DNA from: an uncultured Pelagibacteraceae bacterium
GTDB taxonomy: Bacteria > Pseudomonadota > Alphaproteobacteria > Pelagibacterales > Pelagibacteraceae
Direction of reading: 5' to 3'
Assembly: GCA_902615045.1 (NCBI GenBank)
Contig: CACMNP010000001.1
Coordinates: forward strand, 117,705-181,704
DNA: 64,000 bases
Positions 1-9,624 of this stretch are shown piece by piece; positions within the stretch are counted from its first letter, which is position 1, and each line of letters begins with the position of its first letter. A program made the translations under genes and the position numbers. The notes under the pieces are model-generated. The model was not told the DNA's origin. It made no database searches and saw nothing but the letters and a program-made list of their open reading frames with translations.

Positions 1-111
1 GAAGCTTTCGATAGAGCTTTGTATTCTGAAGGAGCAATAACTGCCGCTAAATGGTTAATTAATAAAAAACCAGGCCTTTATTCAATGAGAAATCTTCTGA
101 ATTTTAAATAA
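1..111 (+). CDS. dapB: 3' end of 4-hydroxy-tetrahydrodipicolinate reductase (partial, runs in from window edge)
   Basis: Frame 1 reads EAFDRALYSEGAITAAKWLINKKPGLYSMRNLLNFK*, matching the DapB C-terminus (R..fa.GA..AA.w......GLY.M). Its stop overlaps the nth ATG. Confidence 0.8.
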   Translation, partial: EAFDRALYSEGAITAAKWLINKKPGLYSMRNLLNFK

Positions 112-764
112 TGAATGAAGAACAGAGGGCCAAAATAGTTTTAAAAATACTTAATAAAACTTATCCAAGAACACCTATACCATTAAAACATAGAAATATT
201 TTTACACTCTTAATATCTGTTTTACTTTCAGCTCAATGTACAGATGTAAATGTTAATAACGTTACAAAAAATATATATCCAAAATACAATAAACCTGAGC
301 ATTTTGTTAAACTTGGCAGAAAGAAAATAGAAAAATTAATAAGAAGTATTGGAATTTTTAGAGTTAAAGCAAAGAGTGTTTATAATTTGTCAAAGACTTT
401 AGTTGAAAAATATAATGGTAGAGTTCCAAAAACTTTTGAGGAGTTAGAGGAACTGCCTGGGGTAGGACACAAAACAGCAAGTGTAGTTATGTCCCAAGGT
501 TTTGGTTATCCTGCTTTTCCAGTAGATACACATATACATCGGCTTGCTCAACGATGGGGTTTAACTAATGGAAAAAATGTCATTCAAACTGAAAAAGATT
601 TAAAACGATTATTCCCAAAAAGATATTGGAACAAATTACATCTGCAAATAATTTACTATGGCAGAGAATACTGCAAAGCGAGGGATTGTTACGGTATTTC
701 TTGTAAAATTTGTACTTCTTGTTATCCTAAAAGAAAAAAACCAATTAAAACAAAGAAAGCATAA
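111..764 (+). CDS. nth: Endonuclease III
   Basis: LLSAQCTD, HhH motif LPGVGHKTA, VDTHIHR, C-terminal Cys cluster. Confidence 0.95.
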   Translation: MNEEQRAKIVLKILNKTYPRTPIPLKHRNIFTLLISVLLSAQCTDVNVNNVTKNIYPKYNKPEHFVKLGRKKIEKLIRSIGIFRVKAKSVYNLSKTLVEKYNGRVPKTFEELEELPGVGHKTASVVMSQGFGYPAFPVDTHIHRLAQRWGLTNGKNVIQTEKDLKRLFPKRYWNKLHLQIIYYGREYCKARDCYGISCKICTSCYPKRKKPIKTKKA

Positions 765-1694
765 ATGAGAGTTTTAGGAATAGGTAACGCAATTGTCGAT
801 GTAATATGTAAGGTTGATGAAAATTTTATTGGTCAAAACAATTTAACTAAAGGCACAATGAAACTCATTTTTGATAAGAAAGAGTTTCAATCACTACTTT
901 CTACTCTCACAACAGAAAAAACCATATCTGGAGGATCAGTTGCCAATTCTATAGTCGGACTATCTCAACTAGGAAATAAAGTAGGTTTTATAGGTAAAGT
1001 TTGTGATGATGAAATGGGAAAAAAATACGAAGATGGTTTAAATTCTGAAAATGTAAAATATTTTTATAATAAAAAAAAAGAAGAATTACCTACTGGCACT
1101 TGTTTGATTTTAGTTACACCAGACTCTGAGAGAACGATGTGTACTTATTTGGGTATAGCAGGAAAAATTGATGAAAACGATGTGAATGAAAAAGTTATAA
1201 AAAGATCGGAAATGATATTTCTTGAAGGATATTTATGGGACGAAGGAGAGCCAAAAAAAGCATTTGAAAAAGCGATAAATAACGCAAATAAAGTTGCTAT
1301 GTCATTATCGGATCAGTTTTGTGTTGATAGACATAAACCACATTTTTTAGATTTAGTTAAAAATAAGTTAGATATCACATTTGCAAATGAACAGGAAATT
1401 ATGTCATTGATTGAGGCAAAAAAATTTGAGGACGTTATAGAATTTGGAAAAAATTTAAATAAACTTTTAGTTATAACAAGGGGAGAAAAAGGAGCAATTT
1501 CAATATCTGGAGAAAATATTATAGAAAATGGGATCAAAGAAAATTTAAATGTAAAAGATCTGACAGGGGCAGGGGATTTATTTGCAGCAGGATATTTGCA
1601 CGGATATTTGAATAATCTAGAAAAGATTGAGTGTTTAAATAAAGGTAGAGAGATGTCTTCTAAGGTTATTCAACAAATCGGGGCAAGATTGTAA
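765..1694 (+). CDS. PfkB-family sugar/adenosine kinase
   Basis: GIGNAIVD, GGSVAN, ERTMCTYLG, DLTGAGDLFAAG PfkB signatures. Confidence 0.9.
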   Translation: MRVLGIGNAIVDVICKVDENFIGQNNLTKGTMKLIFDKKEFQSLLSTLTTEKTISGGSVANSIVGLSQLGNKVGFIGKVCDDEMGKKYEDGLNSENVKYFYNKKKEELPTGTCLILVTPDSERTMCTYLGIAGKIDENDVNEKVIKRSEMIFLEGYLWDEGEPKKAFEKAINNANKVAMSLSDQFCVDRHKPHFLDLVKNKLDITFANEQEIMSLIEAKKFEDVIEFGKNLNKLLVITRGEKGAISISGENIIENGIKENLNVKDLTGAGDLFAAGYLHGYLNNLEKIECLNKGREMSSKVIQQIGARL

Positions 1695-1696
1695 TT

Positions 1697-2302
1697 ATGA
1701 ATGAAAAGAAAATACTAAAATTTTTTCCTCAACCAATTTTTCACTATAAAGTAGAAAATTATAAAAAACACAATGAAAAATTATCAGAATATATTTATGA
1801 ACTTTATGAAAATGATAAAAAAGGACTTGAAAGATCTAATCAAGGTGGATGGCACTCTAAATCATTTGATTTAAAAGAAAAGAATAAACCACCTTTTCAA
1901 TTTTTTATGGATATACAAAGGTATGTAGCAGATGTTTTCAAAGAATATGGATGGAAGTATACCCCCGGAAAAGTAAATCTTACAGAAATGTGGGCAATTA
2001 TTAACAAAAAAAATAATTTTAATATAGAACATACTCATCCAAACAATTACTTAAGCGCAGCTTATTACGTGAAAGCGCCAGAAAATTGTGGATCGTTTAG
2101 AATTTCTAATCCCAATCAAATTGCGAAGGAAAGAATTGCACTTAGCGATAAAAGAACTGAGTTTAATCAAAATATTGGTCAAATAAAACCTGTGGAAGGA
2201 GATTTGTTGATTTTTCCAGCATATCTGCCTCATTCAGTTGGTATGAATTTATCAGATGAAGACAGAATAGTAATAAGTTTTAATGTTGATATTTTAAAGT
2301 AA
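1697..2302 (+). CDS. TIGR02466-family putative 2OG-Fe(II) oxygenase (paralogue 1)
   Basis: SN.GGWHS, MWAIIN, HTHPN.YLSAAYY, EGDLLIFPAYLPHSV, DRIVISFN. Confidence 0.85.
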   Translation: MNEKKILKFFPQPIFHYKVENYKKHNEKLSEYIYELYENDKKGLERSNQGGWHSKSFDLKEKNKPPFQFFMDIQRYVADVFKEYGWKYTPGKVNLTEMWAIINKKNNFNIEHTHPNNYLSAAYYVKAPENCGSFRISNPNQIAKERIALSDKRTEFNQNIGQIKPVEGDLLIFPAYLPHSVGMNLSDEDRIVISFNVDILK

Positions 2303-2422
2303 TTATATTTTTTTTCTTTTAAAGCTACCCTTGCCTTTTTTAGGTTTTATTACTTTTGGTTTATATTTTTTTGTAAACAAATCTTTAGCAATTAAATTTT
2401 TTTTATTTATATTTTTAACCAT
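2303..2422 (-). CDS. Small basic protein, ArfA-like (alternative ribosome rescue factor A), 39 aa; not in the ORF track
   Basis: Manual translation MVKNINKKNLIAKDLFTKKYKPKVIKPKKGKGSFKRKKI*. It carries the KKGKGS-aromatic-x-RK motif and the upstream N.IA..L helix pattern of ArfA, and fills most of the gap between two genes. Confidence 0.75.
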   Translation of the reverse strand: MVKNINKKNLIAKDLFTKKYKPKVIKPKKGKGSFKRKKI

Positions 2423-2451
2423 ATAAATTAAAATAATTACATTATTTTATA

Positions 2452-3066
2452 ATGATAAAAAACAGTGAAATTTTGAAATTTTTTCCTCAACCAGTATTTA
2501 AGTATAAAATTAAAGATTATGAGCAAGTTAATGCTCAACTATCAGGTTACATATACGATCTAAAAAAAAAGAATGAAAAAGGGCTAGATAGAACAAATGT
2601 TAATGGATGGCATTCAGAAAATTTTGACCTAAAAGATAAAAATTCAGTACAATATAAATTTTTAATTTCATTAAAAGAATATATTTTTGATGTATTCGAT
2701 AAGTATGGCTGGGATATAGATCCAAAAAAAATTGTTTGTACGGAAATGTGGGCTATAATAAATAAAAAAGATAGTTTTAATTTAATTCACACTCACCCAA
2801 ATTCTTATCTTAGCGCAGCTTATTATGTTAGGGCTCCAGAAAATTGTGGAAAATTTTTAGTTGAAAATCCTAATTCAGTTAGCAACCATAGTTATCCTAG
2901 AATAAGTAAAGAAACTGAACTTAATGCAAATATAAGGGGGTTGGATGTCAAGGAAGGAGATTTATTATTTTTTCCAAGTTATCTACCTCATAAAGTTGGA
3001 AGAAACATGTCGGACGAGGATAGAATTGTAATTAGTTTTAACATCAATGTTAATCATTTTGTTTAA
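2452..3066 (+). CDS. TIGR02466-family putative 2OG-Fe(II) oxygenase (paralogue 2)
   Basis: Same motifs as 1697-2302: GWHS, HTHPNSYLSAAYY, EGDLLFFPSYLPHKV, DRIVISFN. Confidence 0.85.
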   Translation: MIKNSEILKFFPQPVFKYKIKDYEQVNAQLSGYIYDLKKKNEKGLDRTNVNGWHSENFDLKDKNSVQYKFLISLKEYIFDVFDKYGWDIDPKKIVCTEMWAIINKKDSFNLIHTHPNSYLSAAYYVRAPENCGKFLVENPNSVSNHSYPRISKETELNANIRGLDVKEGDLLFFPSYLPHKVGRNMSDEDRIVISFNINVNHFV

Positions 3067-3083
3067 CACTTTTTGAAAGTTTA

Positions 3084-3635
3084 TTATAATTTATAACCTG
3101 ATTTTAAACTTTGTATGAAATTGTTATCGTCAAAAGTCTTTGAGATTTTTTTTCTGAGCCTGTATACATGAGTTTCCACCGTGTGTGTTTCTAGCTTAGA
3201 TTTATAACCCCAAACATTTTTTTGAAGTTCGTTTATTGATACAGCATTATCAGCATTTTTTAAAAAACTTATAATCATGGCCTCTTTCTCTGTTAAAGAA
3301 AGAACTTTATTATTTTTAAGCAATTTTCTAGTATTAAAATTGATAATATAATTTTTAATTTTTATGTCTTTTTGAAAATCAATTTTTTTTTTTAAGAAAC
3401 TCAAATTAATTACATCTATCAATCTTGCTAATTGAATTGGTTTTGAATGTATTTTTATTTGATTGCTCAGTTTAAGCTCAGAGTCAGAAATTATTAAGTC
3501 TAAAGCATGAAAATTTTGCTCTTTTATCTCCCGGTCATTAATTGCTTTTATATTAAAACTGACAAGATGATTTATTTCAATTAAAATGTCATACAAAATC
3601 GTTAAATTATGAATTAATAAATTTTGTTTCTCCAT
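3084..3635 (-). CDS. OmpR/PhoB-type winged-helix regulator, CenR-like, with eroded receiver domain
   Basis: LTEKE...VWGY...ETHTVETHVYRLRKKI...GYKL C-terminal domain; next to L,D-transpeptidase and yggS. Confidence 0.8.
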   Translation of the reverse strand: MEKQNLLIHNLTILYDILIEINHLVSFNIKAINDREIKEQNFHALDLIISDSELKLSNQIKIHSKPIQLARLIDVINLSFLKKKIDFQKDIKIKNYIINFNTRKLLKNNKVLSLTEKEAMIISFLKNADNAVSINELQKNVWGYKSKLETHTVETHVYRLRKKISKTFDDNNFIQSLKSGYKL

Positions 3636-3646
3636 TATTTTAGACT

Positions 3647-4141
3647 ATGACAATTATTATAAAAAATAAACATACACTTTTATTTAATGAATTTAAGTTT
3701 AAATGTTGTGTTGGAAAAAAAGGATTTACGAAAAATAAATCAGAGGGAGATAAAAAAACACCAATTGGTTATTTTTCAATTGAAAATTTGTATTATAGGG
3801 ATGATAAAGTTGAAAAACCTGAAACAAATTTAAAAGTAATTAAAATTAAAAAAGACATGGCTTGGTGCGATGACATCAATAACGAAAAACTCTATAATAA
3901 AATTACTACAGTAAATCATAAAATTAATTCAGAAAAGTTATTCAGAAACGACTATAAGTATGATTACTTTATTCCAATACGATATAATTGGGAAAATCCA
4001 AAAATTCCAAAAGGAAGTGCAATTTTTTTACATCTGACCAAGAATTATAAACCTACAAATGGTTGCATAGCATTATTAAAGAAAGATTTTTTGATTTTAT
4101 TAAAATTAATCAAAAAGAATACAAAAATAAAAATTCTTTAA
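3647..4141 (+). CDS. L,D-transpeptidase (YkuD) family protein
   Basis: K.EGD.KTP.G, GSAIFLH, PTNGCIAL (His/Cys catalytic motif). Confidence 0.85.
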   Translation: MTIIIKNKHTLLFNEFKFKCCVGKKGFTKNKSEGDKKTPIGYFSIENLYYRDDKVEKPETNLKVIKIKKDMAWCDDINNEKLYNKITTVNHKINSEKLFRNDYKYDYFIPIRYNWENPKIPKGSAIFLHLTKNYKPTNGCIALLKKDFLILLKLIKKNTKIKIL

Positions 4142-4788
4142 TTTCTTTTTCCAAATATGTCAGATCCTATTCTCAAAAACGTAGATCCATGCTTTAAAGC
4201 ATCTAAATAATCAGATGACATACCCATGCTTAACTCATTAAAATTATGCTTTTGTTTTAAATCTAACATCTTTTTAAAATATTTAACTGAATCATCATGT
4301 ATTGGTGGAATGCACATCAATCCTACTATATTTAATTTTAAATCCTTACAGAAATTATAAAAGTCAATCAATTGATTAACACTTATCCCAGATTTTTGCT
4401 CTTCATTTCCAATATTAACTTGGATGAAAAGTTTTAAATTTTTATTTTCAAAAGATGCTATTTTTCTAGCTAATTTTTCACTGTCCAGAGAGTGAATGTA
4501 ATCAAATAATTTAACCGCAAATTTAACTTTGTTTGTTTGTAATTTGCCAATTAAATGAAGTTGCAAATTATCATTTTTGTTTTTTAAATTTTCCCATTTT
4601 TCGACTGCCTCTTGAACCTTATTTTCACCATAATGAGTATGCCCATGTTGTATCAAATGAATAATATGATCTAATTTAAATGTTTTTGAGACAGCTATAA
4701 TATTTGGAACTTTTGTTAAACTATTATCTTGAAGTTTTTGCTTAACTTTTGATTGAATATTAAGTAAGTTTTTTACCGTTTGATGCAT
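4138..4788 (-). CDS. yggS: PLP homeostasis protein YggS/PROSC
   Basis: IAVSKT, GENKVQE, HLIGKLQTNK, GLMCIPP, LSMGMSSDY, RIGSDIFG. Confidence 0.95.
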   Translation of the reverse strand: MHQTVKNLLNIQSKVKQKLQDNSLTKVPNIIAVSKTFKLDHIIHLIQHGHTHYGENKVQEAVEKWENLKNKNDNLQLHLIGKLQTNKVKFAVKLFDYIHSLDSEKLARKIASFENKNLKLFIQVNIGNEEQKSGISVNQLIDFYNFCKDLKLNIVGLMCIPPIHDDSVKYFKKMLDLKQKHNFNELSMGMSSDYLDALKHGSTFLRIGSDIFGKRN

Positions 4789-5340
4789 AATATTAAATTA
4801 AAAAAGTATTATTTTATAAACAAGTTCAATAAAAATAATATTAATAATTTAGACATTAATACAGCAATTATTTACAGAAATTATAAAAAGCCAAATCAAT
4901 TAAATGATATAATAAAAGCTAGGAATTTTTGTAAGAAAAGGAGAATAAAGTTTTATCTATCTAATAATATTAAATTATCGTTAAAACTTGATTTAGACGG
5001 TGCTTATATACCTTCATTTAATAAGAGTTATAACCACTTGTCATATAATTTTAAAAGAAAATTTGAATTAATTGGCTCTGCTCATAATTTAAAAGAAATT
5101 AGAAACAAAGAAACTCAAAAAGTAAATATTATATTTTTATCATCACTATTTAAAAAAAATAAGAATTATTTGGGAGTTAACAAATTTAATATTAGAAGCA
5201 AATTAACAAAAAAAAAATTAATAGCTTTAGGTGGAATATCAAAAATAAATTATCGCAAATTAAAAATAGTTAATTGTATTGGTTTTAGTGGAATATCTTA
5301 TTTCAAAAAAAAAGGCCCCAAAAATGGGGCCTTTTCTTAA
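4783..5340 (+). CDS. Thiamine-phosphate synthase (ThiE/TenI)-like protein, divergent
   Basis: IGSAHN..EI, IFLSSLF, IALGGI TIM-barrel motifs; ATG at 4783 (track starts at TTG 4780). Confidence 0.65.
   Translation: MHNIKLKKYYFINKFNKNNINNLDINTAIIYRNYKKPNQLNDIIKARNFCKKRRIKFYLSNNIKLSLKLDLDGAYIPSFNKSYNHLSYNFKRKFELIGSAHNLKEIRNKETQKVNIIFLSSLFKKNKNYLGVNKFNIRSKLTKKKLIALGGISKINYRKLKIVNCIGFSGISYFKKKGPKNGAFS
5305..5335 (-). terminator. Intrinsic terminator of porin gene (possibly bidirectional)
   Basis: AAAAGGCCCCA-aaaa-TGGGGCCTTTT hairpin; the A-run at 5305-5313 gives a U-tract on the minus strand just after the porin stop. Confidence 0.85.
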
Positions 5341-5357
5341 ATAATATATCTATTTAC

Positions 5358-6302
5358 TTAGAAATTAAATGCTAATCCTAAGCTGTAGATTTCTCTGCTA
5401 TTAGTTGAGCTGTTAGCAATGTTATCACCATCGTGAATTGCACCACTTATGCTCATTGATCCCATAGTGTATGAGAAACCAAGTGCAGCAGCTTCTTGAT
5501 CTGGGTTTCCAGAACTTACAGCTTCTATTTCATGGTTACCATATGATAATGTTAGATCATCGTTAACTTGGTATGATACACCAATACCAGTTGACTCGTA
5601 GTCTGTTCCAGACTCCATGTCATTTTCTGACATCTGTATACCAACAGTGATTCCACCAATAGCATACTTAGCATACATTGTGCTTTCATCACCTTTAGTA
5701 CCAGTAGTTACTTCAACGTCTTGTTGTGCATAACCAATTGTTAAACCTTCCATACCAGTATATTCAACACCGTAAGAAGTAGATGAAACATCAGTTATTG
5801 CATCTTCAGCGTTTACGTAAGAGATAGTTCCAGTTACACCAGACTCATGTGAGTATGAGTATGAAAACATGTTGTTTCCGCCTGCACCACCGATTACGTT
5901 AGCTTCTGCGCCTACTAAGATATCCCATGGCTCTTCCCAAGCTGCTGGCATTACGTCGTCTTTAGCACCAAGAGCTGAGCTTCCACCATGACCGTGGAAA
6001 GTTAAACTTCCAGCATCACCTAAATCAAAAGCGATTGACTGATTGTCGAACTTGTTAGTTCCATCTGCATCGTCACCATCTAACTCTAAAGTTAATGTTA
6101 CACCGATGTCATTTACATCTCCTGAAGCAGAAAATGTGATTGAATCACCCATTGTCCATCCTTGACCTTCAGTTTTCTTCTCATCACCTCCAGTAAAAGA
6201 CATACCAGCTGATCCACTTACTGACATTGTCGCTGCTGATACTGAACCAGCAACTAGGGAACCAGCAAGAGCTGTTAACCCTATTTTTTTTATATTGTTC
6301 AT
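5358..6302 (-). CDS. Major outer-membrane porin
   Basis: Signal peptide, amphipathic beta strands, C-terminal Phe (LAFNF), strong AGGAG SD, codon bias typical of highly expressed genes. Confidence 0.9.
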   Translation of the reverse strand: MNNIKKIGLTALAGSLVAGSVSAATMSVSGSAGMSFTGGDEKKTEGQGWTMGDSITFSASGDVNDIGVTLTLELDGDDADGTNKFDNQSIAFDLGDAGSLTFHGHGGSSALGAKDDVMPAAWEEPWDILVGAEANVIGGAGGNNMFSYSYSHESGVTGTISYVNAEDAITDVSSTSYGVEYTGMEGLTIGYAQQDVEVTTGTKGDESTMYAKYAIGGITVGIQMSENDMESGTDYESTGIGVSYQVNDDLTLSYGNHEIEAVSSGNPDQEAAALGFSYTMGSMSISGAIHDGDNIANSSTNSREIYSLGLAFNF

Positions 6303-6523
6303 ATTAAGTACTCCTTATTTATTGTTTAATATTAAACACGCTATATTTATCAAAAATCCCACAAAACTCTTAAATTTTGCCTAATATATCTAATAAATTA
6401 TAGATATGTTGCATAAATACATCAGTAAAAAACCCTATAAAATGTGTGTTTTTGATAATTTAAAATAATATTATTAAATTTTTTGTAAATAATCTAATTA
6501 TCTAAGCTAAAAATAATAAAAAA

Positions 6524-7069
6524 ATGAATTCACGAATAGTTATACTTATAATAATTTTCACATTAGTTGGGGCATGTAATGGTAAAGTGCCAGGGGCAGA
6601 TGCGAGAAAAATTCCCCCAAACGCTCAAGACAGAGTTAAAAAAAATATTGAAGAGGGAAGAGGTTTTACCTTAATGGGTTCCAACAAGAAAAATACAGGT
6701 GAATTCGATTTTGCTAGTTCAAATGAATTATGGAGAGCTTCGTTAGATACTTTGGATTTTATGCCATTAGCACTTGCAAATTATAGTGGAGGAATAATTG
6801 TTACAGATTGGTATAGTGACGGATCATCTGAAAATGAGTCAGTAAAAATTTCAGTAAGATTTTTAAGTAACGAAATAAGATCTGATGCATTAATTGTAAA
6901 AGTTTTTTATAAAAATTGTTCTATGCAAGATAACTGTAAGGTTTCAGATAGATCTAGTGAATTATCAACTGAACTTGCTAAAAGAATTTTATCCAAAGCA
7001 GCTATTTATGAAAAAGAAACACAGTCTAAAAGAAAACGAAAATACATAGCTGAACCTTATAAAGATTAA
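6524..7069 (+). CDS. DUF3576-like lipoprotein
   Basis: Lipobox VGAC; [14 protein letters not shown]...GGIIVTDWY; located upstream of leuS as in Alphaproteobacteria. Confidence 0.85.
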   Translation: MNSRIVILIIIFTLVGACNGKVPGADARKIPPNAQDRVKKNIEEGRGFTLMGSNKKNTGEFDFASSNELWRASLDTLDFMPLALANYSGGIIVTDWYSDGSSENESVKISVRFLSNEIRSDALIVKVFYKNCSMQDNCKVSDRSSELSTELAKRILSKAAIYEKETQSKRKRKYIAEPYKD

Positions 7070-7080
7070 AATCTTTAGTT

Positions 7081-9624
7081 GTGGAAAGATATAATTTTAA
7101 AAAAGTTGAAGAAAAATGGCAAAAGTACTGGTCTGATAATAAAACTTTTTTAACCAAAATAGATAAAAATAAAGAAAAATTTTATTGTTTAGAAATGTTT
7201 CCCTATCCTTCTGGAAAAATCCACATGGGACATGTAAGAAATTATACAATTGGCGATGTTTTATCTAGATATAAATCATTAAAGGGATTTAATGTTCTTC
7301 ATCCAATGGGGTGGGACGCATTCGGAATGCCAGCTGAAAATGCTGCTAGAGACAACAATCTTGATCCTAAGGAATGGACGAATTCGAATATCGATTCAAT
7401 GAAAAGCCAATTAAAAAAATTAGGATTATCAATAGATTGGAGCAGAGAAATATCCACATGCTCAGAAGAATATTACAAACATCAGCAAATATTTTTTCTA
7501 GAACTGCTTGAAAAAAAACTTGTTTATAGAAAAGAAAATTACGTCAATTGGGATCCAATTGACGAGACTGTATTGGCAAATGAGCAAGTTATAGATGGAA
7601 AAGGTTGGAGGTCAGGAGCTGTAGTTGAAAGAAAAAAACTAAGTCAGTGGTTTTTTAATATATCAAAATTTTCTCAAGATTTATTAGATGGACTCGATGG
7701 TCTTGAAGCTTGGCCTAACAAAGTTAAGACAATGCAAAAAAATTGGATTGGGAAGTCTTTTGGATGTGAGATAGAATTTAAAATAGAGGGTGATTTGCCA
7801 GTTGAAAAAATAAAATGCTTTACAACTAGACCAGACACTCTTTTTGGCTTTTCATTTTTGGCACTTTCAACTGATCATCAAGTGTCCTCGTTTTATTCAA
7901 AAGATAAAAATTTTCAAAAATTTAAAGAGGAATGTTCAAAAACAGGCACAACAGAGGAAGCTATAGCCGTTGGTGAAAAAATTGGTTTCAAGACTAATCT
8001 ACTGGCAATTAACCCTCTTAATCCAAAACAAAAAGTTCCAGTCTACTTCGCAAATTTTGTTTTGATGGATTACGGATTTGGTGCTGTTTTTGGCTGTCCA
8101 GCGCATGATCAGAGAGATTTTGATTTTGCAAAAAAATATGGTTTAGAAATTAAAACTGTTGTTAGACCAATTGAAGAAGATGAAAATTACGTAGTTGAAA
8201 ATGAAGCTTATCCTGGCCCAGGAGCATTAATTAATTCAGAATTTTTGAATGGTCTAAAAGCACCTGATAATTCTGTTGTTGAAACAATAAAAATATTAGA
8301 AAAAAAAAAATTAGGAAAAAAACAAATTAATTACAGGCTAAAAGACTGGGGAGTCTCACGCCAAAGATACTGGGGATGTCCAATACCAGTTGCATACGAT
8401 GAAGCTGGTAAAGTTCATCCAATACCTAAATCAATGTTGCCAGTAAAATTACCAGAAAATATTGACCTGAAAGTTAAAGGTAACCCATTAGATAGACAAA
8501 ATAAATGGAAAGAAATTGAGATAGATGGAAAAATGATGAAAAGGGAAACTGATACTTTAGATACTTTTGTTTGTTCATCTTGGTATTATTTAAGATTTTG
8601 TTCTCCAGATGAAAAAAGTTACGGTTTTAAAAAAGAGGACATTGATTACTGGATGCCAGTAGATCAGTATATAGGTGGAGTGGAGCATGCAATTCTTCAC
8701 CTTTTATATTCTCGTTTTTTTATGAGAGCCATAGACTATAAAAATGAAAAATTTAATATTAAAGAACCTTTTCAAAGTTTATTCACACAAGGAATGGTAT
8801 GCCATGAAACATATAAAGATAAGAATAACAATTGGCTAAGCCCAGATGATGTAGAAAAATTAAATAATAATTATTTTAAAAAAAACAGTCCAAATGAAAT
8901 TGTTAAAGTGGGCCCTTCAGAGTCAATGTCAAAATCAAAAAAGAATGTAATAGACCCAGAGTTAATGATTAAAAATTATGGAGCGGATGCTGTTAGACTA
9001 TTTATTTTATCAGACAGCCCACCAGAAAAAGATGTGCAGTGGTCTGATCAAGGAATGATATCATCTTATAAGTTTATACAAAAACTTTGGATTATGCATA
9101 ATGAAATAAAAAAATTAAGTTCAACTACTGTAGGTAATGAAAAAAATATAGAATTAGAAAAATTTACTAATCAAATAATTGCTAAAATAACTCACAACCT
9201 GGAGAAGTTTAATTATAACGTAATAATTGCCAACATGTATGAATGTTACAACTTTTTAATAAACTTTATAAAAAAAAATAAAAGCATTAAAGGATTAGAC
9301 GAAAGTTATAAAAAAATTTTAATATGCTTTTCGCCAATTATCCCTCATTTTTCTAGTGAATGTCTTAGTGATATTGGATTTAATAAAAATTTAAATTGGC
9401 CCATACATGATGAGATGTTTCTTGAAAATAATGAGATTAGTATTGTTATTCAAATAAATGGAAAAAAAAGAGCTATTTTAAACGCAAAAAAAGGAATAGA
9501 ACAAAAGACTCTATTGGAAAGTGCAAAACAAGATAATATTGTAAAAAAATATTTGAAAGATAAAGAAATTGTTAAAATTATATATATTCAAGATAAACTA
9601 ATAAACATATTAACTAATGACTAA
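7081..9624 (+). CDS. leuS: Leucine--tRNA ligase
   Basis: MFPYPSG.IHMGH (HIGH), TTRPDT editing domain, SMSKSKKN (KMSKS). Confidence 0.98.
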   Translation: MERYNFKKVEEKWQKYWSDNKTFLTKIDKNKEKFYCLEMFPYPSGKIHMGHVRNYTIGDVLSRYKSLKGFNVLHPMGWDAFGMPAENAARDNNLDPKEWTNSNIDSMKSQLKKLGLSIDWSREISTCSEEYYKHQQIFFLELLEKKLVYRKENYVNWDPIDETVLANEQVIDGKGWRSGAVVERKKLSQWFFNISKFSQDLLDGLDGLEAWPNKVKTMQKNWIGKSFGCEIEFKIEGDLPVEKIKCFTTRPDTLFGFSFLALSTDHQVSSFYSKDKNFQKFKEECSKTGTTEEAIAVGEKIGFKTNLLAINPLNPKQKVPVYFANFVLMDYGFGAVFGCPAHDQRDFDFAKKYGLEIKTVVRPIEEDENYVVENEAYPGPGALINSEFLNGLKAPDNSVVETIKILEKKKLGKKQINYRLKDWGVSRQRYWGCPIPVAYDEAGKVHPIPKSMLPVKLPENIDLKVKGNPLDRQNKWKEIEIDGKMMKRETDTLDTFVCSSWYYLRFCSPDEKSYGFKKEDIDYWMPVDQYIGGVEHAILHLLYSRFFMRAIDYKNEKFNIKEPFQSLFTQGMVCHETYKDKNNNWLSPDDVEKLNNNYFKKNSPNEIVKVGPSESMSKSKKNVIDPELMIKNYGADAVRLFILSDSPPEKDVQWSDQGMISSYKFIQKLWIMHNEIKKLSSTTVGNEKNIELEKFTNQIIAKITHNLEKFNYNVIIANMYECYNFLINFIKKNKSIKGLDESYKKILICFSPIIPHFSSECLSDIGFNKNLNWPIHDEMFLENNEISIVIQINGKKRAILNAKKGIEQKTLLESAKQDNIVKKYLKDKEIVKIIYIQDKLINILTND

